Below, in pieces: positions 37,218 through 51,448 of a DNA stretch of 54,543 bases (the stretch's first letter is position 1; each line of letters starts with the position of its first letter). The stretch is from Prorocentrum cordatum. Lineage: Eukaryota. The notes beneath the pieces were generated by a model. It did no database searches, was not told where the DNA came from, and saw only the letters and a program-made list of their open reading frames with translations. The stretch spans positions 62,001 through 116,543 of the forward strand of contig CAUYUJ010000231.1 of NCBI GenBank assembly GCA_963575745.1, written 5' to 3'. Position numbers and translations under genes: made by a program.

Positions 37218-37872
37218 AAATCAGTCGCTCCCTTCCTCGGCTGGGAGGTAGACGCCCTGGAGGCCGTTGTCCCTCTGGGAATGGTGGCCGCACTGGTAGC
37301 CGTCGCAGCCTGGCAGTCGCAGCTGCTCTGGCGGTCGTCGTCGCTGCCCTGGGGATGGTCGTAGCCCGGGAGGCCTTCGTAGCCCTTGCCGAAGTTGTCT
37401 TGGCCCGTGTGTCTAGACCTCCTAGATGGGGTCCGAGTAGATGGGGTCGGAGGATCGCGCCGCATCGCCGATGCGTCGGCGATGCGGCCCGATGTGGAGA
37501 ACGTGGTTCCCCACGCCTGTATCGCCGATGCATCGCCGACGTCGCAGACGCATCGTCGATGCATCGTCGATGTACCAGTGATGCACCGGCGATGCGGCGC
37601 GATCCTCCGACCCCATCTGCTCGGACCCCCTCTAGGAGGCCTCTAGTGTGGGCGTTGTCGCAGTTGACCAGGACCTCGATGCTTACATGTTCACGTGCGC
37701 CAGGCCGGTTGGATACTGACGCGCAGCTCCGAGACTGCTTGTTGTGCAGCTCCTTGTAGCTTGCCGCCTCGTGCCGCCGTCGTGACGTTACGTCGTACTG
37801 GTTGGCGCGCCGCATCACCAAGGCGACGTCCTTCCGCGCGATGTGGCCGCCACTCCGCGCGGCGTACCCCGC
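37218..37872 (-). pseudogene. Degraded coding fragment of unknown product, split by a MITE and carrying a probable frameshift
   Basis: ccgcag|G acceptor after a pyrimidine tract. The GC3-rich frame AGYAARSGGHIARKDVALVMRRANQY...IEVLVNCDNAH resumes as TGQDNFGKGYEGLPGYDHPQGSDDDRQSSCDC after the insert, then shifts to GCDGYQCGHHSQRDNGLQGVYLPAEEGSD*. Confidence 0.5.
37412..37646. mobile_element. MITE with TIRs of about 60 bp, flanked by TGTG direct repeats; diverged relative at about 44884-45190
   Basis: ctagacctcctagatggggtccgagtagatggggtcggaggatcgcgccgcatcgccg pairs with cggcgatgcggcgcgatcctccgaccccatctgctcggaccccctctaggaggcctctag. TGTG occurs at 37408-37411 and 37647-37650. Confidence 0.9.
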
Positions 37873-38518
37873 CTGCGGAGGCGGAGGAGGAGAAGGGGGA
37901 GGAGGCGGAGGCGGAGGAGGCGGAGGAGGAGGAGGAGGTGCAGGAGGAGGCGGAGGAGCGTTGCGGCGCGTGCTGCCCTCTGCCTCCCGCGGCCGGCTGC
38001 GGTCTCGTGGCCCTTCTCGTCGTGGACCGCCGGCGCCCGCGGCCTCCGCCACCGCCACGCGCTGCGCGGCGAGCCCTGCGGGCCGAGGCGGGCCCCCGGT
38101 GCCCCGAGTGCGGGGGGCACGGATCCCGCAGGTGGACCTGGGGGGGCTCCTCCTCTACGCTCTACCCCTCCTCCTCCTCCTCCTCCTCCTCCTCATCATC
38201 ATCATCATCTACGCTCTGCCCCTCCTTCTCCTCCCTCTATGCTCTACGCCTCCTCCTCCTCCTCCTCCTTCTCCTCCATCTGCGCCTCCTCCTCCTCCTC
38301 GTCCTCCTCCTCCCTTTTGCTCCTCCTCCACCTCCCCCTCCTCCCCAGACCCCCGACGTCGTGACTTCCCCACGACGGAGACCCCAGGGGCCTGTCCCCT
38401 TTCCCGAGGGCCTGCGTGTGTCAGACCTGCCGTGGTGTTTTCACTGTCCCTAGGCCCGGTGAGGGCCCCCGGAGGCAAAGAACAAGAGAAGTTTGTCCGT
38501 CGTGGTTATTTCTCACCA

Positions 38519-38671
38519 CCCACCAAACCACCCCAACCCAACCCGAAGGCCCAACTTTATCCTCCATTTCCAGTGGGGGGAGTCGGGGAACATTGAAAAG
38601 CACATGTGGAACCTGTACCCCCCCTCACCCGAAACTTGGATCTTCGGGTTAGGTTGGGGTGGTCTGGTAGG
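38519..38671. mobile_element. Inverted-repeat (MITE-like) element
   Basis: ccaccaaaccaccccaacccaacccgaaggcccaacttt matches the reverse complement of aaacttggatcttcgggttaggttggggtggtctggtagg. Confidence 0.65.
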
Positions 38672-38811
38672 TAGTCAGTTTATGGCGCGAGGAAGTCTGG
38701 GCCCCTCTAACCCCCATACGGGAGGCTCGTGTCGAGTCTACGCAGCCGCGACCACAGCGCGGGCGTTCGATGATGGACCGAATTTCCACTACCACTACCA
38801 CAATTAGTAGA

Positions 38812-41730
<2,919 letters not shown>

Positions 41731-42471
41731 TAGGAGGAGGAGGAGGAGGAGGTGGACCTCTCGATTTCCCTGTCTCCCGTCCTACCTACTGTAGTGGTGG
41801 TGGAAATCCGCTCATCAGTCAAAGATGAACGCTGACAGCGGTCCCGAATGGGGCAGTTCGGAACGATCTGGCGATCGAAAAGTGGCCGATCGTACCTCCA
41901 AGCGGTGTCATCAACCAACGCCGGGGTCGTCGCGGCACGACCTTACCGTACCTCCCTCGGGAGAGGGCCCTCCCTCTCCTCTCTCCCTCCGCGCGGATCT
42001 CTTGCATCGGCGCTGGACCAGCCTCCCTGGCCGGCGGCGCGCGCCGGGAGCCGCGCTGGAGGCGCCGCCAGGGGAGGGGGACCCAGCGCCGACCCGAGAC
42101 ATCCGCATGGGCCTTCGAGAGGTTCTGCTCATGCCGTCTTTCATTGCACCTCCTCTTCCTCCTCCTCCTCCATCCGCACAGGGCTCGAGCTCAGCGCTGT
42201 GTTGGCGATTTCGTGGACCGTTTGCGTTCCGGTCTCGCTCTGCAGCACAGGCAGGAGACCACGAGCACGAGGCAAGCACGAGAAACGCTGTTTAGATCGA
42301 GCCCTGGTTTGCCTGATGCTCCCTCCGCCCCCCGAGGAGGCAGGAGGAGGAGGAGGAGGAGGAGGAAGGAGGAGAAGGAGGAGAAGGAGGAGGAGGAGAA
42401 GGAGGAGGCGGGAAGAGGAGGAGGAGGAGGAAGGAGGAGAAGGAGGAGGATGGGCAGGGGCCTGGCCAGAG

Positions 42472-42557
42472 GTCATGGGCATCAGCCCCCTCGACGACGG
42501 CGAGTGGGATGCCCAGGAGGACGCCGGCGCCACGGGCGACGGTGGCGCGACGGGGAG
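42472..42557 (+). CDS. Candidate exon VMGISPLDDGEWDAQEDAGATGDGGATG(R)
   Basis: ccagag|G acceptor after a (GAG)n tract and an AG|gcggcc donor, with strong GC3 bias. Its link to upstream exons is not established. Confidence 0.45.
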
Positions 42558-45500
42558 GCGGCCACGCCCCCCGGGCCGGCTGGGGCGAGAAGCGGGGCGG
42601 TCCCGGCCTGGCGGGGGGTTGGCGCGGGGCCGGAGGCGTCGTAGGTTTAGGTCGTCGGGAGCCTCGAGACGGGGGTCAGTGCAGACGGGGGTCAGCCAGG
42701 GCGCCGGATCCTGCAGGATCTTGTGAAGGCCCCCTCTGGCTGACCCGGGTTAGCGAGCCGCTCGTGGCCGCGAGGCGGCCGCGCGTGTTGGCTGACCCGG
42801 GTTTGCGAAGATCTGCGTTGCAGTTTTTGTTTTCCTGCATTGCAGTTTTTGGTTTCTTGCTGACCCGGGTCTGGATTGACCTGGGTCAGAAGATCCCCGA
42901 GGTCGGGCATGTCCACTTGGATGTTGGAAGAACAAAGAGAACACGCCAAAAGATACGCTCAAGGAGTAATCCTTTGTATACATATTCATATCTAGAGAAA
43001 TTTCGTTCCCTGATTATGTTGACTGTTTTGAGTATGCCGTCTGTAGAGGGACATGCCCAACTCAATCCTAGTCGAATCATCACCACAGAGGATATTCGCC
43101 GCCTTCGGGCTCTCGGGCATTGGGGGGGGGATGCATCGACCCCCAATCGCCCACTGATCGCAGATGGGGGCTCGATAGCCCTGACCCAGTGTGGACTCAG
43201 TGTCGGGAGCCTATCGCCGATCTATCGGCGATGTAACGCCGATTCCGGGCCGATGCATCCCCCCTTTGCCAGTCCCCCCCTATCGTTGCCCCTCATCATC
43301 GCCATGGAGGGCGGGTCTTTTCGGATACAGGTCCGGGGGGTCAAATTCTGACCTCGCCCTGGTCCGAAATCCGATTTAATTTGGTTTATTCCGGCTTCAT
43401 CCAGCTTGATCCGGTTTAATCCCGCTTAATCAGCGGCCTAATTCGGCGTAGCAGCTCCCACATGGGGCTTAGTCCTCCTTAACCCTTCCGACGAAGACCT
43501 CCCAGTAGTAGTTGACTCCTAAGGTCCAGAGGGGAGCGGGTCCTCAGGGTGTTCGCTGCTTTTTGGCTCTCGGGGCCCTCCACGGTCCCCGGGACGGCTA
43601 GAAAACCACTCGGGATGAGGAGCTCGTCCTGGGGGGATGCACCAGGGTCCAGGTCCCGTTCCCCTCGGGACCCGTTGCCCCCATGTTGGCAGCAAAATAC
43701 ATACATGTAAATTGTAGGGCACGGGAGAGTCCACTCGTCTTGGGTTGCATATCGACGAACAGCGTTCAATATCGCCAAATAGCGCCCGATAGCGCCAAGC
43801 AGCATTCAAATAGCAACCAACAGCACCATGTGAGAGAGAAATATCATGTCCGTTTTGCTCGGGATTGGGCGTGCTATTGAGCGCAATTGGGACGGCAAAA
43901 GCTTCCGTGAGTTGTTCTCGAAATGAACATAATCGGCACGCTAATGCTTCTTTCAGGCCACGGTTCAGTGCATGAGTTTGCCTATCGCAGGTCGGTTCTT
44001 GTGGTGTTCCCAGTTTGCCTGGCGACCTAGATTCGCACAGATGTTGATGGCAAGTCGGGTGACCCGATTGAAATGAAGCGATCGAAGTAGAATGGACAGA
44101 AGAAGATTGGATAGGGCTAGGCTGGATTGGCCTGGACTGGATAGACTGGACTGGCCTAGTCTGGACTGCTAAGCTGTTCTAGGCTGCGCCATGCTAGGCT
44201 GCCCTACGCAGTCTACTCTTAGGCTGCCCTATTGTACTCTAGGCTGTGCTACTCTAGTCTAACCTGGGCAACTCTACTCTGCTCTATTATACTCATTCCG
44301 GTCCTATGCTACGATGATGTTCTATGTTGTTCTACGTTACTCTGATCCACCCTGTTGAGATCTATCATGTGATGCACATGCCACATGTATACCATGCCAT
44401 CTACCCTAATCCGCTTTACTCCACCCTAAACTACTCCAAAGTTGGTATGTTACACTCGGTTCAACTCCACACATCCACAAATATCTACGCTACTCTACGC
44501 TACTCGACTTCTGAGCTTGACGGTTGTTAGACGATTGTTGGGACGCTATATGAACAGCCACAGGAACCATTGGAATAGCAGTGGAAGCCAGGCGGACAGA
44601 GGGGAAGCCATGCGGATAGAAGAGAAAACCGCGAGGATACAGGACACCATTCGGATAGTGTAACGATTGCAAGGGCAAGATAGCGGGGACGACATCGGAC
44701 CAGTTCTCTACGCATTGAGCTGGGACTCCTATACGCAAGCCTGCTGAGCGAAAAACAAGACATCGGCCAACGGATGTCTGGTGTCAGGGAGCGGGAAGGA
44801 GCTGGATGCTCACCGTTCCTCTCCCTGGGGGCCGCCTGGGGCGACCTTCCTCCAGATCCCACCTCTGCCCCTGCTGGACTGCGGGCCTCCCGGACGGGGT
44901 CCGAGCTGATGGGGTCGGCGAATCGCTCCGCGTGGCCAGCTCGTCGGAGATGTGGCTTGACTTGTAGCCCGATGCTCCCCGCGCCGACGTCGCTATTGAT
45001 CGCCGACGTCGCCAGGGCACTTGGCATCGATCAGACGTGTGCATTTTTCCTTCGGCGAGGACCATCGAGGAGCATCCTTGATCACTTGGCGAATAAACCA
45101 CGCACGAAACCGAAAAAAGCACGGGGAATGGACGTCCGAGCGATGACGAGTGCATCGGCGGTGCGGCGCGATCCCCTGACCCCATCTACAGTCAGCCCGC
45201 ACAATGAGGACGGCCAGCCTTCCCACGGGTACCTCTGCATCCGTGCCTCCTCGGTCCATCCTCGGCCACTTCCGTCGGCGTCCCGTCCCCCAAAGCATTC
45301 AGCCGACTTCCGAAGAAGAGCAGCAACGTCTAAGCCTAAACGTTTCGAGCTCCGCGCGGACCTCCGACAGCTTATGGCTCGGATTTATTTATGGTCCGCA
45401 TTTGTCTAAATTGTGTCTCTGGGCTCCGAAGAAGTGGCACAGGGGGTGCGCCCGCGTCGCCTGCCGGGATCCAGCCAGGGCGATGCAGCCGACACCGATC

Positions 45501-46119
45501 ATAAGGATGGGTAAACCTTCCCAAGGATACCCGACTCTGGGGACTAGCTGGGCGCCTGCCCCCCCCCCCCCTTCGGGGGAACCACACATGACAGCAACAT
45601 CAATTTGTAGAGGTCCGCGCGGAGCGTCGAAAAAGTATACCTATGCAGTGTATTCTTCTTCGACCGCTGCGTCGCCCCTTGCTCTGTCCATCCGAAGCCT
45701 CTTACGATGGCCAGCAACTCTCGAACAAAAGCTTGGACATGGGCGTCCCAGGGGCTTGCACCGTCGTCGCGCATCCTTCGTATCAGTTCTGACTGTAGCA
45801 GAGCGCGCACCCCGCTGGACACGCGGTTGACCACGCGGCCCTGCCCATTCCCGATGCCCCCTTGCCCGCGCGTGTTCCGGCGCTCGGGGCGGAGTCCGCC
45901 AGGGATTTGTTTCCGTTTGTTGTTTATACTTCTTCGCGACAGCAAACGTTGCAGTCGAAACCGATGCACGGGTACCCTTGCATCCGCGCCTTTTTGGTCC
46001 ATCCTTGACTACTTTCGATGGCCCGCCGCGCTCGAGAAAGCATCGACACGGCCGTCCACGTCCTTATCGCGCATCCTTACAACAGGCTTCGTAGAAAACA
46101 CATGGTGCTGGAATAGGAA

Positions 46120-46580
46120 CTGTAGTGGACATGGTCGAGGTAATGTGCACAGGCAGTATGATGCACAGGCACTGTGGTCCACTCGGCTTCTGTGATGTAC
46201 ATTGCCGTTGTGGTGTGCACATTTGATTTGGCTACAGCAGCCAAGTTGTACATATGCTTTGTGTTTGTGTACGCATGCGATGTGGTGTGCACGAGCATTG
46301 TGGCGTAAACAAACGGGTAACAGTATGTAAACACTAACTCTGGTGTACAGGCACTGTGGTGTGCAGAAGCACTGTTGTGAACACAGGCCGCGTGATGTAC
46401 GCACGCACTGTGGTATAGACCAGTACTGTGGTGTACACAGGCATCGCGGTGCACAGGGGTACGGTGGTGCACACAGGCATTGTTGTTCACATCTGCGCAC
46501 AGGTGCACGCAAGCACTGTGGTGTTCACTGGCGCTGTGGTTCACGCAGGCACTGTGTTGTACACAGGAGATGTGGTGTTC
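46120..46580 (+). repeat. Degenerate 18-bp minisatellite (GGCACTGTGGTGTACACA)n upstream of the Cys-rich gene; only its 3' part is kept in units 2 and 3
   Basis: Repeated gcactgtggtg..cacag units. The 3' part reappears at 51089-51240 and 54257-54412. Confidence 0.8.
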
Positions 46581-46787
46581 CCTGGAGGTCCTCCCAGCGG
46601 GCATACCGTGGCGCGCGCGGGTACCGCGTCCGCTGCTCGTGGCTCCTCTCTGCAATCCCCCACGCTGTGCCGATTTGCTGTCTCGAGGCCGAAGGCAGAC
46701 CCCCGCAGACCCCGCGAAGCCAAGCCCGTGGAGGCCGCGTCTCCTTCGATACCGCCTCGGAGTCGCTGCGCGCGCGCATCGGGCGAC

Positions 46788-47339
46788 ATGGCGGCGCGGG
46801 TCCCGCGGTGCCTCGCCGCGCTGGTGCTGCTCGCCGCGGCGGAGGGCGCGTGCCCGGGCGCGGACGGCACCTGCGCCGGGGGCGAGGAGGAGGCGGCGTT
46901 GCTCCAGCAGTCCTCGCGGCAGGCGATTGCGCAGTCGAGCAGCTGTGACACGTCTGGGTGTACGGGCTGCAGCGGCGAGCAGTGCCAGCTCTGCTATGAC
47001 GAGAAGGCGAAGGAATGCTGCCTGGACCAGTTCTGCAGGGGCTGTTCTGGGGAGCAGTGCACCTACTGCCGCAACGACCACATGGCAGGGTGCTGCGCTG
47101 GTAAGCACCCAGGGACCCCCGGTTGCAGTGGGCCCAGTCCGACACCGACACCATCGCCACCATCGCCGACGCCGAACACGCTCGGCTGCACAGCAACGCC
47201 AGCGGGCACCTGCGGGAACCCAGACATCCTGTGCTACTGGGAGCCGAGCTGCGCGAACGGGGGGCTCTGCTGCAAGGCGGACGGCAAGACAAACCAGTGC
47301 AAGTTCTGCGGTGTCGGCTCGTGCGGCGCCTGCCCGTGA
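46788..47339 (+). CDS. Intronless secreted cysteine-rich protein, 183 aa, copy 1 (signal peptide, acidic pro-like segment, duplicated Cys module, Pro/Thr linker, 10-Cys C-terminal module)
   Basis: gacATGG start. MAARVPRCLAALVLLAAAEG|A is signal-like with an A-x-G site. There are 27 Cys, an internal repeat CxGCSGEQCxxC-x7-CC present twice, a PSPTPTPSPPSPTP linker and GC3-biased codons. The ORF-track extension to 46428 runs through repeat DNA. Confidence 0.9.
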   Translation: MAARVPRCLAALVLLAAAEGACPGADGTCAGGEEEAALLQQSSRQAIAQSSSCDTSGCTGCSGEQCQLCYDEKAKECCLDQFCRGCSGEQCTYCRNDHMAGCCAGKHPGTPGCSGPSPTPTPSPPSPTPNTLGCTATPAGTCGNPDILCYWEPSCANGGLCCKADGKTNQCKFCGVGSCGACP

Positions 47340-47501
47340 AGGGCGGTAGGCGTCTTCGCTGCGAGGACATTTTGGCAGGAAGGATGCGAATCGCATTGGG
47401 TCAGCTCTCTGTCGGGCATCGGGGTTCGATGCTTAACAGATCCCCGAACTATGGCAATTCTTCCATAGTCGTCCTCATCACCCGCCCTGGGTGGCGTTTT
47501 T

Positions 47502-49039
47502 ACCTAACAGCGAAGACTGATAGGTTTCTAGTAGTGTCAAAAGAGCTCACAGATCACTCCACAGGGGGGTCCGGGCAGGTGTTGGGAGTTGCCGGGCGGG
47601 CCTGTGCCGAACTCGTTTTTCACCAACAGTCACACACTTCGTGCTCTTCGACTTCCCAGAACTCCATTCCCAGGCTCATTCTGAATAACCGGATGCAACA
47701 GTCACACACTTCGTGCTCTTCGAGATCCCAGAACGCCATTCCCGGGCCACATTTAGAATAACCGGATGCAACAGTCACACACTTCGTGCTCTTCGAGTTC
47801 CCAGAACTCCATTCCCGGGCCACATTTGGATGCCGGATGCAACTGTCAGGCCACTTCGTGCTCTTCGAGTTCCCAGAACTCCATTCCCGGGCCACATTTG
47901 GATGCCCGGAGCCAACTGTAGGCCACTTCGTGCTCTTCGAGTTCCCAGAACTCCATTCCCGGGCCACATTTTGAATGCCCGGAGCCAACTGTAGGCCACT
48001 TCGTGCTCTTCGAGTTCCCAGAACTCCATTCCCGGGCCACATTTTGAATGCCCGTAGCCAACTGTAGGCAACTTCGTGCTCTTCGACTTCCCAGAACTCC
48101 CATTCCTGGGCCACATTTTCAGCAGGGGCAAGAGCACGACGAGGAGGAGGACGAGCAAGACCAGGAGGACGAGGACGAGCAGGAGCAGGACGAGGAGCAG
48201 GAGGAGCAGGAGAAGAAGGACGAGCAGGAGGAGGAGGAGGACGAGCAGGAGGAGGAGGACGACCAGGAGGAGGAGGACGACCAGGAAGAGGAGGAGGAGG
48301 AGGAGGAGGAGGAGGGGAGGGGGAGGAGTACCAGGAGGAGGAGGAGGAGGAGGAGGAGGAGGAGGAGGAGAGGAGGAGGAGGAGGAGGAGGACGAGGACG
48401 AGGAGGAGGAGGAGGGGGGGGGAGAGTACCAGGAGGAGGAGAACGAGGACCACCAGGAGGGAGGAGGAGGAGGAGGAGGAGGAGAGAACACCAGGAGGAG
48501 GAGGACGAGCAAGACGAGGAGGACGAGAACGAGGACGACCAGGAAGAGGAGGAGGAGGAGGAGGAGGAGGAGGAGGAGGAGGGGAGGGGGAGGACTACCA
48601 GGAGGAGGAGGAGGAGGAGGAGGAGGAGGAAGAGGAGGAGGAGGACGAGGAGGAGGAGGAGGAGGAGGAGGACGAGGAGGAGGAGGGGGGGGGAGAGCAC
48701 CAGGAGGAGGAGAACGAGGACCACCAGGAGGAGGAGGAGGAGGAGGAGGAGGAGGAGGAGGAGGAGAGAGCACCAGGAGGAGGAGGACGAGCAAGACGAG
48801 GAGGACGAGAACGAGGACGAGCAGGAGGAAGAGGAGGAGGAGGAGGAGGAGGAGGAGCAGGAGAAAGAGGAGGAGGAGGCAGGCTGAGGCTGAGGCTGTG
48901 ACTGCGACTGCCGTTGCCGCTGCGACTGTCATCGCGAATGCGACTACGACTGCGAGAACAGCAGAATTCGACAACTGGATTTTCATCTGAATCTTAAGGG
49001 GAATGCTTTCAGATATGCTTCTACACATCGCTGTTAGGT
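47502..49039. mobile_element. TIR-bounded non-autonomous element of 1.54 kb, present only in the first spacer of the gene array
   Basis: Perfect 12-bp TIR acctaacagcga (47502-47513) / tcgctgttaggt (49028-49039). It is absent at the equivalent T-run of unit 2 (about 52160). Confidence 0.7.
47623..48120 (+). repeat. Seven tandem 72-73 bp units inside the TIR element, followed by a higher-order GAG/GAC repeat (48125-48880)
   Basis: cttcgtgctcttcga recurs at 47637, 47709, 47782, 47854, 47926, 47999 and 48072. Confidence 0.9.
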
Positions 49040-49127
49040 TGCTTTGCCGGGATATTTTTAACCATTGTAGGCGAATTCGAGCCTCTGCTTCATCAGCTTG
49101 GTCTGCACGGTGCACTCCGGCAGTTAG

Positions 49128-50187
49128 AATTCTAAACGCTTCGCGTAACCCCACCAGCCCATCCAGGAACGAAGCCCAGAGGAATTGCCTCGATCAGGGA
49201 AGTGGGTAGCACACAGAGGAAGGCCCCCCCAGTGGAGGCCTCTTTGAGCGTCTTGGGGGCCTCCTGGCGGTCCCGGACGCCTCAGAGCGTCTTGGGTGCC
49301 TCGGAGAGCTTCTTGGGGCTTCTGGGGGTTTTCTTGGGGGCCTCTTGGGCGCCTGTTGGGGCCTCCTGGGGCCTCCTGGGCGCTTCTTGGGGCCCTCTTG
49401 CAGCGCCCTTGGGAGCGCTCTTGGAGCCATCTTGAAGCCTCGGGTGGCCATCGAAAGCGAAAAGGCGAGAAAGCCAAAACCATTGATGTTCCTAAGGTTT
49501 TGGAAGGATGTTGGCCTCTTCGGGGCCTCCTGGGGGAGCTCTTTGGCCACGTGTAGCCGTCTTGGAGCGGTCTTGGGGCCTCTTGCAGCATCGTGGGAGG
49601 CATCTTGAGGCATCCTGGGATATCTTGAGGCATCTTAGAGGTCATCTTGGGTTCTCCCAGGCGCTCTTGGAGTCATCTCAAGCAGTGTCCCCCCGTCTAG
49701 GAGGCCAACATGTGGCAAAAACATAGTAGAATCAATGATTTTGGCATTGTCGTCGAGGCCCCTTGGAACATCTTCGGTGCCTCTGGGGGGCCTCTTGGGG
49801 ATCTCTTGGGAGCGTCTTGGGGGCATCCTGGGGGCCTCTTGGGGGCCTCGCGGGGCCTGCTAGCCACCTCTTGGGGCACTCTTGGGGCACCCTTGGGAGC
49901 CTTGGGAGCGCTCGTGGGGCCATCTCGGAGGAGATCGATCAAAGAAGGGGGGTTCCTGAATTAGCCTTGCCCCCCCCCCCAGAGCCCAAAATGAGGCCAA
50001 AACCCGAGTAAAACCAATGATGTTGCCTTCCTCGCTGGGGCCGTTTTGGACGCCCTGACCGCTCGCGGGGCGCCCCGTCCAGGTCCTGGGGGTAGGGGGA
50101 GGGGTAAACCCCTTCCCCGAAGGGGAAGAAAAGGGGGTTGGAAGAGGAGCCGCCCTAGACCACCTACGCCCAGAGGGCTGGTGGGAT
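49128..50187 (-). mobile_element. Helentron/HINE-like non-autonomous element, copy 1 (about 1.06 kb)
   Basis: 11-bp inverted repeats cccaccagccc (49150-49160) / gggctggtggg (50175-50185), one of them subterminal and followed by an ACGC-GAA-GCGT hairpin (49136-49146). The interior is made of degenerate ggggcctcttg repeats. Confidence 0.55.
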
Positions 50188-51448
50188 CCCTGCTCTTGGG
50201 AAACAGGCGTCGCGCGTCACAGGGCTGCTGTTGTGTAGCGCGCGGTGCCGGCTACCAGAGTACATGTTGGTCTAAACAAACAGATGTACCATGATGATAA
50301 AGTGCAGCGCTCCCCAGGCAATGTCTCCCGAGTGCTCTGGCCCGCGCCATCCACGGTACCGCATAAGCGCCTGCATTGTCGAAGCGCGGTGTCCGCCCCA
50401 TCGCCGACGCGCACGCACACACACGCACACACACACGCACGCACACACACACACACACACATCCTAACTAAGATTGTGCAGCAGCGCAGCGGATGGAGGG
50501 CGACTCGTTTTCAAACAGTTGCTCTCGTATGCAGTCCCACGCACATACGTTGTTTCGCTGAAGTTTCCAACCGCGCCACGGGTTGAGGGCGAATCGCTCG
50601 TTTTAAAAGTTCGGTTATCGCTTCAGCGTTGCACACAGTCGTTTCAAGAGCCCCCCACCATTACGCGATCGGATCAGGACTCGTTGACAACGTGAAGCTG
50701 TCGCTTCAGTGCGGCGCGCACACCTACGAACAAGATGCAACAGCCATGCGACTAGAGGGCTCTAATGTTAGTGCCGCGCAGATTCAACTTACAAGTAGGA
50801 AGGAGTGCTGTCGTCGTTCGATGCATTGTTCATGCCTGCATCTGAGTGAAAGGACAACGGCCCAATGCCAGCAGCTGACACATGTGCAATATACACGTGG
50901 GTTGAGAGAGCTTTCTGTTCAACATTGAGCTTTCGCGTGAGACAGTTTTGCAATCTTACCGCCCCAACTTCGCAATGGCGCAGCAGCTGTACGGACTGCG
51001 GGCGGCTCCTTGCCATAACAGGGCTCTCTTTGTAGAGCGCTTTCGGCTAAAACTATGTGTGGTCCATCTAGCCGGAAGGGTGGATGGGGTGGTGTACACA
51101 GGCATCGCGGTGCACAGGGGTACGGTGGTGCACACAGGCATTGTTGTTCACATCTGCGCACAGGTGCACGCAAGCACTGTGGTGTTCACTGGCGCTGTGG
51201 TTCACGCAGGCACTGTGTTGTACACAGGAGATGTGGTGTTCCCTGGAGGTCCTCCCAGCGGGCATACCGTGGCGCGCGCGGGTACCGCGTCCGCTGCTCG
51301 TGGCTCCTCTCTGCAATCCCCCACGCTGTGCCGATTTGCCGTCTCGAGGCCGAAGGCAGACCCCCGCAGACCCCGCGAAGCCAAGCCCGTGGAGGCCGCT
51401 TCTCCTTCGATGCCGCCTCGGAGTCGCTGCGCGCGCGCATCGGGCGAC

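Noticed and set aside
46077..47396. Long antisense and alternate-frame ORFs over the Cys-rich gene
   Set aside because: Shadow ORFs of a GC3-rich CDS with Arg/Ala/Pro-rich composition.
47337..47468. Selenocysteine read-through of the TGA after ...CGACP
   Set aside because: No recognisable SECIS core, and the extension loses the Cys pattern and codon bias.
47623..48120. CRISPR-like repeat-spacer pattern in the 72-73 bp units
   Set aside because: The variable parts are homologous to each other and drift gradually, as in a minisatellite.
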